Shown here: positions 48,861 through 57,033 of the stretch, one piece after another
Numbering within the stretch: position 1 is the stretch's first letter
Layout of the letters: the number at the start of each line of letters is the position of its first letter
Origin: an uncultured Acidobacteriota bacterium
GTDB taxonomy: Bacteria; Acidobacteriota; Terriglobia; UBA7540
Assembly: GCA_963730515.1 (NCBI GenBank)
Contig: CAVSSA010000012.1
Span: 111,797-175,796 of the forward strand
Reading direction: 5' to 3'
DNA: 64,000 nucleotides
Translations under genes and position numbers: made by a program
The notes under the pieces: generated by a model
The model's input: the letters and a program-made list of their open reading frames with translations, nothing else
Told to the model about the DNA's origin: nothing
Databases searched by the model: none

Positions 48861-49009
48861 ATTGACAATTTTCGATTGACGATTTTCGATTGCTAAACCC
48901 CGTCGTCTTTTTTCTCTATCCGTCATCGTCAATACCTCACAATCCCCAATCAGCAATCTCGATTTCCGAGGTCCTTCAATCGACAATCAAAAATCGAAAA
49001 TCGGCAATT
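48861..49009. repeat. suf-family CGATTNN repeat pair (iscS-sufB gap)
   Basis: ATTGACAATTTTCGATTGACGATTTTCGATTGC (48861-93) and the inverted copy CGAGGTCCTTCAATCGACAATCAAAAATCGAAAATCGGCAATT (48967-49009). Confidence 0.8.
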
Positions 49010-50177
49010 AAGCGGCTGCCGATCCCCCCAAATTCCTCAACCGTTTCACGCTTTCCACCACCCGGCCAAGGCAGTAATCGATTTCCTCTTCGTTTGTGTA
49101 GCGGCCCAGGCCGAAGCGCAGCGGCGTGTTCGCCACTTCCTCGGAAACGCCCAGCGCCTTCAGCACGTAAGAGGGCTCGGGAATCCCCGACGAGCAGGCG
49201 GAGCCCGACGACAACGCGATGTCATTCAAGGCCGCGATCAGCGTGGCAATGTCGATTCCGGGAAAGCTCACGCTGAGATTGTTGGGCAGCCGATGCTCCA
49301 GGCTGCCGTTGATGTGAATGCCCTCGAGCTGGGCCAGCAGTCCATTCTTAAGCCGATCGCGCAACCCCGCCAGGCGCCTCGCTTCTTCCGGCATCTCCAC
49401 GCGGCAAATCTCGCAGGCTTTGCCCAGACCCACGATCCCCGGCACGTTCAGCGTTCCGGAGCGCAGCCCGCCCTCGTGGCCGCCCCCATCGGTGACGGGT
49501 TCGAGTTCCACCGCGGTGCCGCGCCGCCGCACAAAGAGTGCGCCGATGCCTTTGGGGGCGTACATCTTGTGCCCGGCGATGGACAACAAATCGATTTGCA
49601 TCGCCTCCACGTCGAGCGGAATCTTGCCCGTGGCCTGCGCCGCATCGGTGTGAAACAACACTCCGCGCTCGTAGCACAGCCGGCCAATCTCCGCCAGCGG
49701 CTGCAACACCCCAATCTCGTTGTTTGCCGCCATCACGCTGACCAGCAACGTCTTATCCGTGATGGCCGCCTTTAAATCGTCCAGGTCCACGAGCCCGTCC
49801 GGGCGGACCTGCGCCAGAGTCATGCGGAAGCCATCCTGGGCCAACCGCTGGGCGGAACCGATCACCGCCTTGTGTTCGGTGGCCATGGTGATAATGTGGT
49901 CGCCGCGATGGCGATAGCGATGCGCCACGCCCTTGATGGCCAGGTTGTTGGACTCGCTGGCGCTTCCGGTGAACACAATCTCTTTGGCGGTGGCATTAAT
50001 CAGCCGGGCCACCTGCTTGCGAGCGTTCTCCACCGCCGTCGCCGCCTCCCAGCCGAATTTGTGGTTGCGGCTCGCCGCATTGCCAAAGGTTTCGGTGAAG
50101 AAGGGCAGCATCGCCTCCAGGACGCGCGGGTCCACGGGCGTGGTGGCGTGATAATCGAGGTAAATGGGTAGCTTCAC
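49008..50177 (-). CDS. iscS: Cysteine desulfurase, class I (IscS/NifS-like)
   Basis: IYLDYHATTPVDPRVLEAM, SIAGHKMYAPKGIG (PLP Lys) and SSGSACSS (active-site Cys). Confidence 0.9.
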   Translation of the reverse strand: MKLPIYLDYHATTPVDPRVLEAMLPFFTETFGNAASRNHKFGWEAATAVENARKQVARLINATAKEIVFTGSASESNNLAIKGVAHRYRHRGDHIITMATEHKAVIGSAQRLAQDGFRMTLAQVRPDGLVDLDDLKAAITDKTLLVSVMAANNEIGVLQPLAEIGRLCYERGVLFHTDAAQATGKIPLDVEAMQIDLLSIAGHKMYAPKGIGALFVRRRGTAVELEPVTDGGGHEGGLRSGTLNVPGIVGLGKACEICRVEMPEEARRLAGLRDRLKNGLLAQLEGIHINGSLEHRLPNNLSVSFPGIDIATLIAALNDIALSSGSACSSGIPEPSYVLKALGVSEEVANTPLRFGLGRYTNEEEIDYCLGRVVESVKRLRNLGGSAAA

Positions 50178-50614
50178 AGCAGCGCCCCCTCGATTTGCAC
50201 CAGGTTGGCGCCGTCCTTGGCCAGGCTCGACATGGTGACGGCGCTCAAGGCTTTTACCAGGGTCTCATTCACCTTTTGCAGGGGTTCGCGGACGGTGCAG
50301 CGGGTCATCTGGCCGCATTCCCGCTTGTCGGTGACGCAACTGGTAATGAAAAGCGGGCCCTCGATGGCGCGGATCACCTCAAAGGCGGAAATCTCCCGGG
50401 GGTGGCGGGCCAGCACGTAGCCACCGTTGGTTCCGTGCTGGGAAACCAGAAGTCCGTGCTTGGCGAGCTTCTGAAGTATCTTGGCGAGCAATTCGGTCGG
50501 AATTCCATAGGTGCGGGCGATTTCCTTGGCGCTACACGCCGTCGCCAGCGGCTGCTGAGCCAAATGCTGCACTGCAATCAACCCGTAGTCCGCTTTTTTA
50601 GATAGTTTCAGCAT
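50174..50614 (-). CDS. Rrf2-family transcriptional regulator (IscR/SufR-like role inferred)
   Basis: MLKLSKKADYGLIAVQHLAQQ is a typical Rrf2 N-terminus with a wHTH. Cys residues at ITSC and RECGQMTRC. Start moved to the ATG at 50614. Its stop overlaps the iscS start. Confidence 0.85.
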   Translation of the reverse strand: MLKLSKKADYGLIAVQHLAQQPLATACSAKEIARTYGIPTELLAKILQKLAKHGLLVSQHGTNGGYVLARHPREISAFEVIRAIEGPLFITSCVTDKRECGQMTRCTVREPLQKVNETLVKALSAVTMSSLAKDGANLVQIEGALL

Positions 50615-50619
50615 AAGCG

Positions 50620-50644
50620 ATATCCGACAATAAAAGTCGGATAT
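50620..50644. promoter_or_regulatory. Perfect palindrome ATATCCGAC-N7-GTCGGATAT immediately upstream of the Rrf2 gene (candidate operator)
   Basis: 9-bp perfect inverted repeat with an A/T-rich 7-nt spacer. It begins 6 nt upstream of the proposed start codon, in the divergent region shared with the 50889 lipoprotein gene. Confidence 0.5.
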
Positions 50645-50888
50645 AGAATGCGCCATTGGATTGGCGTTGTCAAGTGTTTCGTAAGGGGGGCACGGGCCCC
50701 AAAAACGGTAGCCCCCCGGCAAGGGCAGTGGCACACGCGTCCCGCCCTTGACCCGTCACAGCCAGGAAGGACGCTCCATCGGGGCCGGTAGTGGCTTGGA
50801 GGCGTCACGCGTGTGGGGCCCATCGCCAGAACGGTTCGTTGCGTTTTGCTCTTGGTGATATAATCCGCCTCAATTCAGGAAGTGAAAC

Positions 50889-53800
50889 ATGCGGGACCTG
50901 CTGAGGTTGAAGAAAAGGCCAATAAGTAGGGGCGCTTGGACCGCAACCGGATGGTCTTTGCCTCTGGTGGTTTGTTTCTCTGTCCTCGTGACGTCGTGCG
51001 GAGGAGGAGGCGGGGGCAACCCCACTCCATCACCCACACCCAGTCCGGACTTCAGCTTATCCGTCAGTCCGACGAGTGTTACCATTGAGGCCGGAAATAC
51101 AGCGTCGGCCACCCTTTCCGCCACCGCGATCAACGGTTTCACCTCGTCCATCAGCGTGCAACTCAGCGGTCTGCCGGCCGGTGTCACCGTCGCGCCTTCC
51201 GAGATAACTGTTACCCCTGGGACTCCCCAGTCGTTGACGTTCTCGGCCAACGCCTCGACGGCAATAGCAAGTTCCAGCCTGACGATCACCGGGACCTCCG
51301 GGTCCCTCAGCCATGGCGCACAGATGACCCTGGCAGTAATAGCGAACATAACTTCCAACACGCCGCCGTTCCGGATGCGCTATGTCCGCACGGACGCAAC
51401 CACCTCCTATTCCGGATGGCTCAATTCCGCTTGGATTATTTACAATCCCCCCACTTCCCGGTTCTTCGTGACCGACCCCGACTCCAACCGCATTTTCGTT
51501 CTTAATCCAAGCACGGAGTCGGTGGTGGGTACGATCTTTGTTCCCGGCGCTTATAGCATCGACGACACTGCGAATCACACGACCCTGTACGTAGGCACCC
51601 AGATTGGCGATGTCTACGCCATCGACCCGGTCAACATGACGGTAACCATGCGATATCTCGCCGCCGACATAGGGCCAAAGGGCTTTGCGGCGAATATCGT
51701 CCGCGTGATGGCGGATGGGCGTCTGGCGCTACTAGGGGGGCAGGGTGGAATCCCCGGCGTTGACGGCTACGGTGAATTTGCTTTCTGGGACCCGGCGGAC
51801 AATTCCTTCTCGAGCTATACCCCAGCGAATTGCGTCGGCTCAAATGGTTACATGGGTAACATCGGCGTGTTTACGCGCTCACCAGACCGCACGGCCTTGC
51901 TCATGATCAGCATTGATAGTGACGGGACGCTTTGCGAGTTTGCTGAAGCGGGCTCGGCCAATACGGTGCAAATCGGCGGCTTCATGTGGCATGCGGTTTT
52001 TTCCCCGGACGGAAATTGGATCGTGATTGCCGCTCCTGCGCCCTTCTATAACCAGGTGGAAGTTTACGACGCGCACACTCTCGCCAAGGCTGCTCAATTC
52101 ACTGTTCTCGCCGATATCTCGTCTGCCGCCGAACTGTTTGTGGGGCCCGATTCGAAGACGCTCTACGCTTCGTCGGACAGCATCATTTACGCCTACGATC
52201 TCACTACGGGCCTGGCGCTTGGACAGCTTCCCAATATCGTGGTGGAACCCTCCACCGGCGGCTCCGCCCTCGGCCCCATCAGTGGCCCGCAATTCCAGGC
52301 CATGGACACTACCGGGCTGCTCGTCGGCCCGATGGAAGAAGGCGTCGGATTTCTCGATACCACCACCCTAAAGAGCGCGGGTATCACCACCCAGTTCCTG
52401 AATGCGTACTTGAATCCTGCCACCGGCCCCCCCGGTGGCGGTACCCAGACGAGCTGGACCAGCTACGAGGGCGAAGTCGCCGCCAATTCGATTTCCTTTC
52501 CCACCAAGCCCACGACACTGACCGGTAAGTCCAAGCCGAGACAGTTCTTAACCTTGACGTCCCTGTCCGACGTTTACTTCGGAAGCCAAACCGCCACCTC
52601 CGTTTCCGTGGGTTCGGGCTCATCTGGCGAGGCGATCACCGCCACCACGCCTCCCGGCGCCGCGGGGCCCGCCGATGTCTATGCGCTCGCTCCCACCTCC
52701 GACGGTGGCGTCGAGCTCCTGCCCGAAGCCTATAGCTATGGACCCACGGTTCTGGAAGTCACGCCCAACGCCGCCACCGCCGAGGGGGGTCCAGGCGCCA
52801 TTTTTGGTTATGGCTTTGGTCCATCCTTCGCCACCACCTTCCCCTCCAACCTGCGAATGACCGTCGGCGGCCTCGCAGTAAATGTTGCCACTTTCAATGG
52901 GAATGCTTATAACGCAAGCTCCCCGCCGTTCCCCCTGGAGTCTCTTACCTATACGATTCCGGCGGGCACCGCGGGCTCCACGGCCAGCGTCACGGTTTCC
53001 TCCAGTTCAGGCTCGGTGACGATCCCCAAGGGGATCACCTACCTTCCGGCCACCGAGCAATACCCGCTTCGCAACTCCGCCCTCGTCCAGGGAATCTACG
53101 ATCCCCACCGCGATGTTTACTATTTCACTGACGCCGCCAATATCCAGGTCTTCTCGAGAAGCTCAGGAGCCTGGATGAATCCCATAAACCTGCCGACCGC
53201 TGACGCCCCGCAACGCCTGTGGGGCATCGCCCTTTCGCCGGATGGGAGCAAGCTCGCCGTCGCCGATGCGATGGGAAGCGCCATCTATGTTCTCAATCCC
53301 AGCAGCCCGACGGCGGTCCAGAAATTTACGGTTCCTCCGCCGTTATCATTCGTCAGCTCGAATCCCGTCGGGGTGGCAATCAGCGACGCGGGAATCGTTT
53401 ATTTCACGATCTTAACTACAGGGGGCACGGGTTACGACGTTTTCTATAAACTCGACACCAGCTCGGGCCAGACAACCAACTACGGCATCGGCACCAACTC
53501 ACCTCTGTCGGATTCCTACCTGCGAACGATCCTTGCTTCCGATAATAGCGTTGTCTACGGCAACGACGACGGCGAAGTGTTTACCATCGATACGGCCACA
53601 GATGCGGTAACCTATGCGGCCCTTGATTCCGGCTGCTGTTACGGCGACTATGATTTGGCCCTTTCCAGTAATCAGAACGTCTTCGCCGCCACCGGGTACT
53701 TCTACGATTCCAGTCTCAATGCCGCGTCCTATGACGCGCTGAACCTGCGGGAAATGATGGCGGTGTCCTACGTCTATGGCGAGAAGTTGAGTCCCGACGG

Positions 53801-54185
53801 GAGGCTGTTGTTTCAGCCGGCGACCAGTGGCATTGATGTGCTGGATGCCCGGCAGGGGAATCTGCTCGAGCGCATCGCCCTCCCCATTACGCTTTCGCCG
53901 AATTATGATGCGCTCGTTTCAGATGGGACGGACAACGTCCTGGTGGCGATTACCGGCGTGAGTGGCGATGGCATCGCGGTGATCGACCTGAGCTCTATTC
54001 CTGACCCCGCTCCCCTGCCTTACGAAACCGAAGCGCTATCAAGAATCCATCGCGCCGCACAGGAAACGACCCCCTCCGTGAATCACCGCGCCGCCCAGGT
54101 CGAAACCACCGGGCAGTCTTCACACAAGACCTCCCGACACACCGTTTCGCATGTCACAGTCAATAGGCTCCTGCTGGTAAAGTGA
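50889..54185 (+). CDS. Large lipoprotein with an N-terminal Ig-like domain, beta-propeller (YVTN/YncE-like) repeats and an IPT/TIG-like domain
   Basis: Lipobox LVTS-C followed by a GGGGGNPTPSPTPSP linker. Repeated hydrophobic-G-D-V-Y-A-I-D-type propeller blades. A central TIG-like beta segment. Confidence 0.65.
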   Translation: MRDLLRLKKRPISRGAWTATGWSLPLVVCFSVLVTSCGGGGGGNPTPSPTPSPDFSLSVSPTSVTIEAGNTASATLSATAINGFTSSISVQLSGLPAGVTVAPSEITVTPGTPQSLTFSANASTAIASSSLTITGTSGSLSHGAQMTLAVIANITSNTPPFRMRYVRTDATTSYSGWLNSAWIIYNPPTSRFFVTDPDSNRIFVLNPSTESVVGTIFVPGAYSIDDTANHTTLYVGTQIGDVYAIDPVNMTVTMRYLAADIGPKGFAANIVRVMADGRLALLGGQGGIPGVDGYGEFAFWDPADNSFSSYTPANCVGSNGYMGNIGVFTRSPDRTALLMISIDSDGTLCEFAEAGSANTVQIGGFMWHAVFSPDGNWIVIAAPAPFYNQVEVYDAHTLAKAAQFTVLADISSAAELFVGPDSKTLYASSDSIIYAYDLTTGLALGQLPNIVVEPSTGGSALGPISGPQFQAMDTTGLLVGPMEEGVGFLDTTTLKSAGITTQFLNAYLNPATGPPGGGTQTSWTSYEGEVAANSISFPTKPTTLTGKSKPRQFLTLTSLSDVYFGSQTATSVSVGSGSSGEAITATTPPGAAGPADVYALAPTSDGGVELLPEAYSYGPTVLEVTPNAATAEGGPGAIFGYGFGPSFATTFPSNLRMTVGGLAVNVATFNGNAYNASSPPFPLESLTYTIPAGTAGSTASVTVSSSSGSVTIPKGITYLPATEQYPLRNSALVQGIYDPHRDVYYFTDAANIQVFSRSSGAWMNPINLPTADAPQRLWGIALSPDGSKLAVADAMGSAIYVLNPSSPTAVQKFTVPPPLSFVSSNPVGVAISDAGIVYFTILTTGGTGYDVFYKLDTSSGQTTNYGIGTNSPLSDSYLRTILASDNSVVYGNDDGEVFTIDTATDAVTYAALDSGCCYGDYDLALSSNQNVFAATGYFYDSSLNAASYDALNLREMMAVSYVYGEKLSPDGRLLFQPATSGIDVLDARQGNLLERIALPITLSPNYDALVSDGTDNVLVAITGVSGDGIAVIDLSSIPDPAPLPYETEALSRIHRAAQETTPSVNHRAAQVETTGQSSHKTSRHTVSHVTVNRLLLVK

Positions 54186-54302
54186 CCTGAAATTCCAGGA
54201 GCGGCGGCCGACCCCGGGGAGCAGGCAGCGCCGGGCGGCGGAACGGCGATCCGCTCAGAATCCCGGTAGGCAAGGCCCCGCGACCCGGGTAAGATTGCGG
54301 GT

Positions 54303-55223
54303 ATGGAAAATTTCCGGCTCAAAGTTTTTCGGGCGGTAGCCAGGCACTTGAACTTCCGCCGGGCGGCGGAGGAGCTTTGTTTGACCCAGCCTGCCGTCAC
54401 CTTGCAGATCAAAGCTCTGGAGCAGGAGCTTGGCGTTCAACTCTTCGACCGCAGCGGCGCGCACATTACGCTTACCCCGGCTGGCGCCGTGCTGGTAAAG
54501 TTTGCCGGCAAGTTTGCGCAACTCGAGACGGAGGCGCTGGCCGCCCTGGCCGAGTTTTCCGGCGGACAGCGGGGCGAATTGCGCATTGCCGCCTCCTTGA
54601 CAATTGCCCAGTACATCCTGCCCCACCTTCTGGGACCGTTTCAGCAGCAGCACCCCCATGTGCGGCCCTGCGTCACCACCTGCAATACCGAGCAGGTGCT
54701 GGAAGCGCTGGTGGCGCACCAGGTGGCGGTGGGGTTCATCGAAGGCCCCACCATGCGCCGGGATGTGCGCACCGAGGTTTTTCTGGAAGACGAAATCGTG
54801 CTGATGGTGCCGCCCGCCCACGAATGGAGCGAACGGGGCTTCATTGACCCCCAGGAACTGACCCATGAGCGATTGCTGATGCGCGAGCGCGGCTCGGGAA
54901 CGCGCCGCGTGGTCGAACTGGCCCTCCAGAAGCGCGGCGTCAAGGCGAAGCATCTCAGCCTGGGAATGGAGTTTGACTCGACGGAAGGCATTATTACCGC
55001 CGTGGAAGCGGGCCTGGGAATTGGCTTTGCGTCGCTCTGGTCAATCGGCAAAGAGCTTCAGGTCGGTTCGCTGCGCGTTGTGCCCATCCGCGGGGTGCAG
55101 ATCAAACGGCCCCTCAGTGTGGCATACCCCCTCGGCCAGGAACCCCAGGGAATTGCGCTGGCCTTCATCAACTTCCTGCGCTCCCGCCACCCAATGATAA
55201 GTCCACCACGCTCCCGCGCGTGA
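54303..55223 (+). CDS. LysR-family transcriptional regulator (YeiE-like)
   Basis: FRLKVFRAVARHLNFRRAAEELCLTQPAVTLQIKALEQELGVQLFDR is a canonical LysR HTH. Followed by a yeiH-like gene. Confidence 0.9.
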   Translation: MENFRLKVFRAVARHLNFRRAAEELCLTQPAVTLQIKALEQELGVQLFDRSGAHITLTPAGAVLVKFAGKFAQLETEALAALAEFSGGQRGELRIAASLTIAQYILPHLLGPFQQQHPHVRPCVTTCNTEQVLEALVAHQVAVGFIEGPTMRRDVRTEVFLEDEIVLMVPPAHEWSERGFIDPQELTHERLLMRERGSGTRRVVELALQKRGVKAKHLSLGMEFDSTEGIITAVEAGLGIGFASLWSIGKELQVGSLRVVPIRGVQIKRPLSVAYPLGQEPQGIALAFINFLRSRHPMISPPRSRA

Positions 55224-55248
55224 CCTCTGTCCCTTCAACGCTGGGGTC

Positions 55249-55459
55249 CTGACTCAGAAGTTCGCAATCAAATTCGCCGATTTGATTGGCGCAGGGCGAC
55301 CCCCTCACCCGGCCCGCCCCGGCTGATGAGAACGCCGGCGGCGGTCCACCCTCTCCCCCAAGGGGGCGAGGGTGGGGAATTAACTCTCCCCTCGCCCCCT
55401 TGGGGGAGAGGGGCCGGGGGTGAGGGGGTCCTTGAATCATCAACGAACTTCTGACTCGG
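55249..55459. repeat. GC-rich palindromic MITE-like element with terminal inverted repeats
   Basis: Ends are GACTCAGAAGTTCG (55251-64) and CGAACTTCTGACTC (55444-57), a 13/14 inverted match. Internal arms are CCCCCTCACCCGGCC / GGCCGGGGGTGAGGGGG. The near-palindromic core is CCCTCTCCCCCAAGGGGGCGAGGG. It lies between the LysR and YeiH genes. Confidence 0.7.
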
Positions 55460-55551
55460 GGCGCCCGGCCGCCGCCGATAAGCCCCGCGCATGAGCAATA
55501 AGAATTACTGCTTGGACAGGATGGCCTCAACACCGCCATTCTGAATCCAGG

Positions 55552-56475
55552 ATGAACACCAAAAACTTATTTTTTATCGGCCTGGTGGTCGCGGCGAGCG
55601 GCCTCATCTCCACCCCCTGGGCGCTGCTGGCCGGACTGATCTACGGCCTGTCGTTCGCGCACCCCTATCACCTCGACTCCAAGAAGCTCTCCGCGTTCCT
55701 GTTGCAGGCGTCTATTGTGGCGCTGGGTTTTGGCATGAATCTGCACGCGGTGGTGCGGGCGGGCCGCAACGGGTTCCTCTACACGGCGGTCAGCATCAGC
55801 TTTGCCCTGCTCCTCGGCCTGGCCCTTGGGCATCTGTTCAAGGTTCAGCGCACGGCGGCGCTGCTGATCAGCGCGGGCACCGCCATCTGCGGGGGAAGCG
55901 CCATTGCCGCCGTGGGGCCCGTCCTCAACGCCGGAGAGGAGGAGATGGCCGTATCCCTGGGGACGGTCTTTACGCTCAATTCCGTCGCCCTGTTTCTGTT
56001 TCCCGCCATCGGCTACGCCCTGCACCTTTCGCAGTCGCAATTCGGACTGTGGTCGGCACTCGCCATCCACGACACCAGTTCGGTGGTGGGCGCGACGGCC
56101 AAATACGGCTCCCAGGCCCTGATGATCGGCACCACCATCAAACTGGCGAGAGCCTTGTGGATTGTTCCCCTGGCGTTTGCGGTGGCCATCCTGCGCAAGA
56201 GCAAGACCCGCATCCGCTGGCCCTGGTTCATCCTGCTTTTCTGCCTGGCGGCGGTGGCCGGAACCTATCTGCCCTTGTTCGGCCCGCTTTATCCACGGCT
56301 CAGTATGCTGGGAAAGTCAGGATTGACGGTGACCCTTTACCTGATTGGAACGGGGATTTCCAAATCAACCTTGAAGCAGGTGGGAGTGCGCCCGCTCGTG
56401 CAGGGGATACTGCTCTGGGCGATTGTGGCCACCGCGTCTCTGACCCTCATCCGCTTGGGAATCATCGGCGTCTGA
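55552..56475 (+). CDS. yeiH: YeiH/UPF0324-family putative sulfate-exporter-type membrane protein
   Basis: GTAICGGSAIAA and AIHDTSSVVGA motifs. About 10 TM segments. Confidence 0.85.
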   Translation: MNTKNLFFIGLVVAASGLISTPWALLAGLIYGLSFAHPYHLDSKKLSAFLLQASIVALGFGMNLHAVVRAGRNGFLYTAVSISFALLLGLALGHLFKVQRTAALLISAGTAICGGSAIAAVGPVLNAGEEEMAVSLGTVFTLNSVALFLFPAIGYALHLSQSQFGLWSALAIHDTSSVVGATAKYGSQALMIGTTIKLARALWIVPLAFAVAILRKSKTRIRWPWFILLFCLAAVAGTYLPLFGPLYPRLSMLGKSGLTVTLYLIGTGISKSTLKQVGVRPLVQGILLWAIVATASLTLIRLGIIGV

Positions 56476-56483
56476 TTAAAGGC

Positions 56484-56617
56484 AGTGACGAGTGATGAAT
56501 GAAGAGTGATGAGTGAAGAGTGGCGAGTGATGAGTGACGAGCCAATAAGGACCGAATTTCGATTTTCGAGCTTCGCCCTTTTGCTTGCTCGTCACACGTC
56601 ACACTTCACACTTCACT
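56484..56617. repeat. Inverted heptamer arrays (GTGATGA type) between the convergent yeiH and DUF2892 genes
   Basis: Eight units (AGTGACG AGTGATG AATGAAG AGTGATG AGTGAAG AGTGGCG AGTGATG AGTGACG) at 56484-56541 against CTCGTCACACGTCACACTTCACACTTCACT at 56588-56617. Confidence 0.8.
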
Positions 56618-56621
56618 GCCC

Positions 56622-56810
56622 TCACGGCTTGACTCCCACCTTGCGCAGGATGGTCATCAACGGGCACCATGTGGTAAACGCCGACTGGAGCAGATTGAGC
56701 CCCACGAAAGCTGTAAACAGATACCACTTGGGGTTGACCCAGTAGCCGAGCGCCAGCGATGCCAGAACAAAGCTTCCGGCAACCATTCGTAACCATCGAT
56801 TGACATCCAC
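56622..56810 (-). CDS. DUF2892 (YgaP-like TM domain) small membrane protein
   Basis: 62 aa from the GTG at 56810 (GGAGGA 6 nt upstream). VNRWLRMVAGSFVLASLALGYW...LFTAFVGLNLLQSAFTTWCPLMTIL is the DUF2892 pattern. The longer track ORFs run through a heptamer array. Confidence 0.7.
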   Translation of the reverse strand: MDVNRWLRMVAGSFVLASLALGYWVNPKWYLFTAFVGLNLLQSAFTTWCPLMTILRKVGVKP

Positions 56811-56825
56811 GGTGTGTCCTCCGAA

Positions 56826-56900
56826 CTGGAAATCCGAATATCGAAACTCGAAAATCGCAACACGCAACTCGAAATTCGAAACTCGAAATTCGCGACGAGC
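56826..56900. repeat. Tandem heptamer array (CGAAANT type, about 10 units) between the RND permease and DUF2892 genes
   Basis: CTGGAAATCCGAATATCGAAACTCGAAAATCGCAACACGCAACTCGAAATTCGAAACTCGAAATTCGCGACGAGC has a clear 7-nt period. Confidence 0.8.
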
Positions 56901-57033
56901 AAACAAGTGCGCGTGCGAAGCTTTGGAGTGCGTGTCCGCCGCGGCAGACGCGCACTCCAAAGCTTCGCGCGCCATGCCAAAGGAAGAACCACTAACCGCT
57001 CTTCCCGAATCCCGAACCCCGTATCCCGAGTCC

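Noticed and set aside
55318-55345. CUGAUGA followed by GAA(C), reminiscent of the hammerhead ribozyme core. It occurs in the GC-rich element here and again at 59579-59600.
   Set aside because: There is no helix II between the two boxes and no three-way junction can be drawn. The segment forms a simple CCGGC/GCCGG hairpin loop instead.
55168-55539. ORFs translating the GC-rich element ([12 protein letters not shown]..., [12 protein letters not shown]...).
   Set aside because: They are translations of a palindromic repeat, and the same peptide-like strings arise on both strands.
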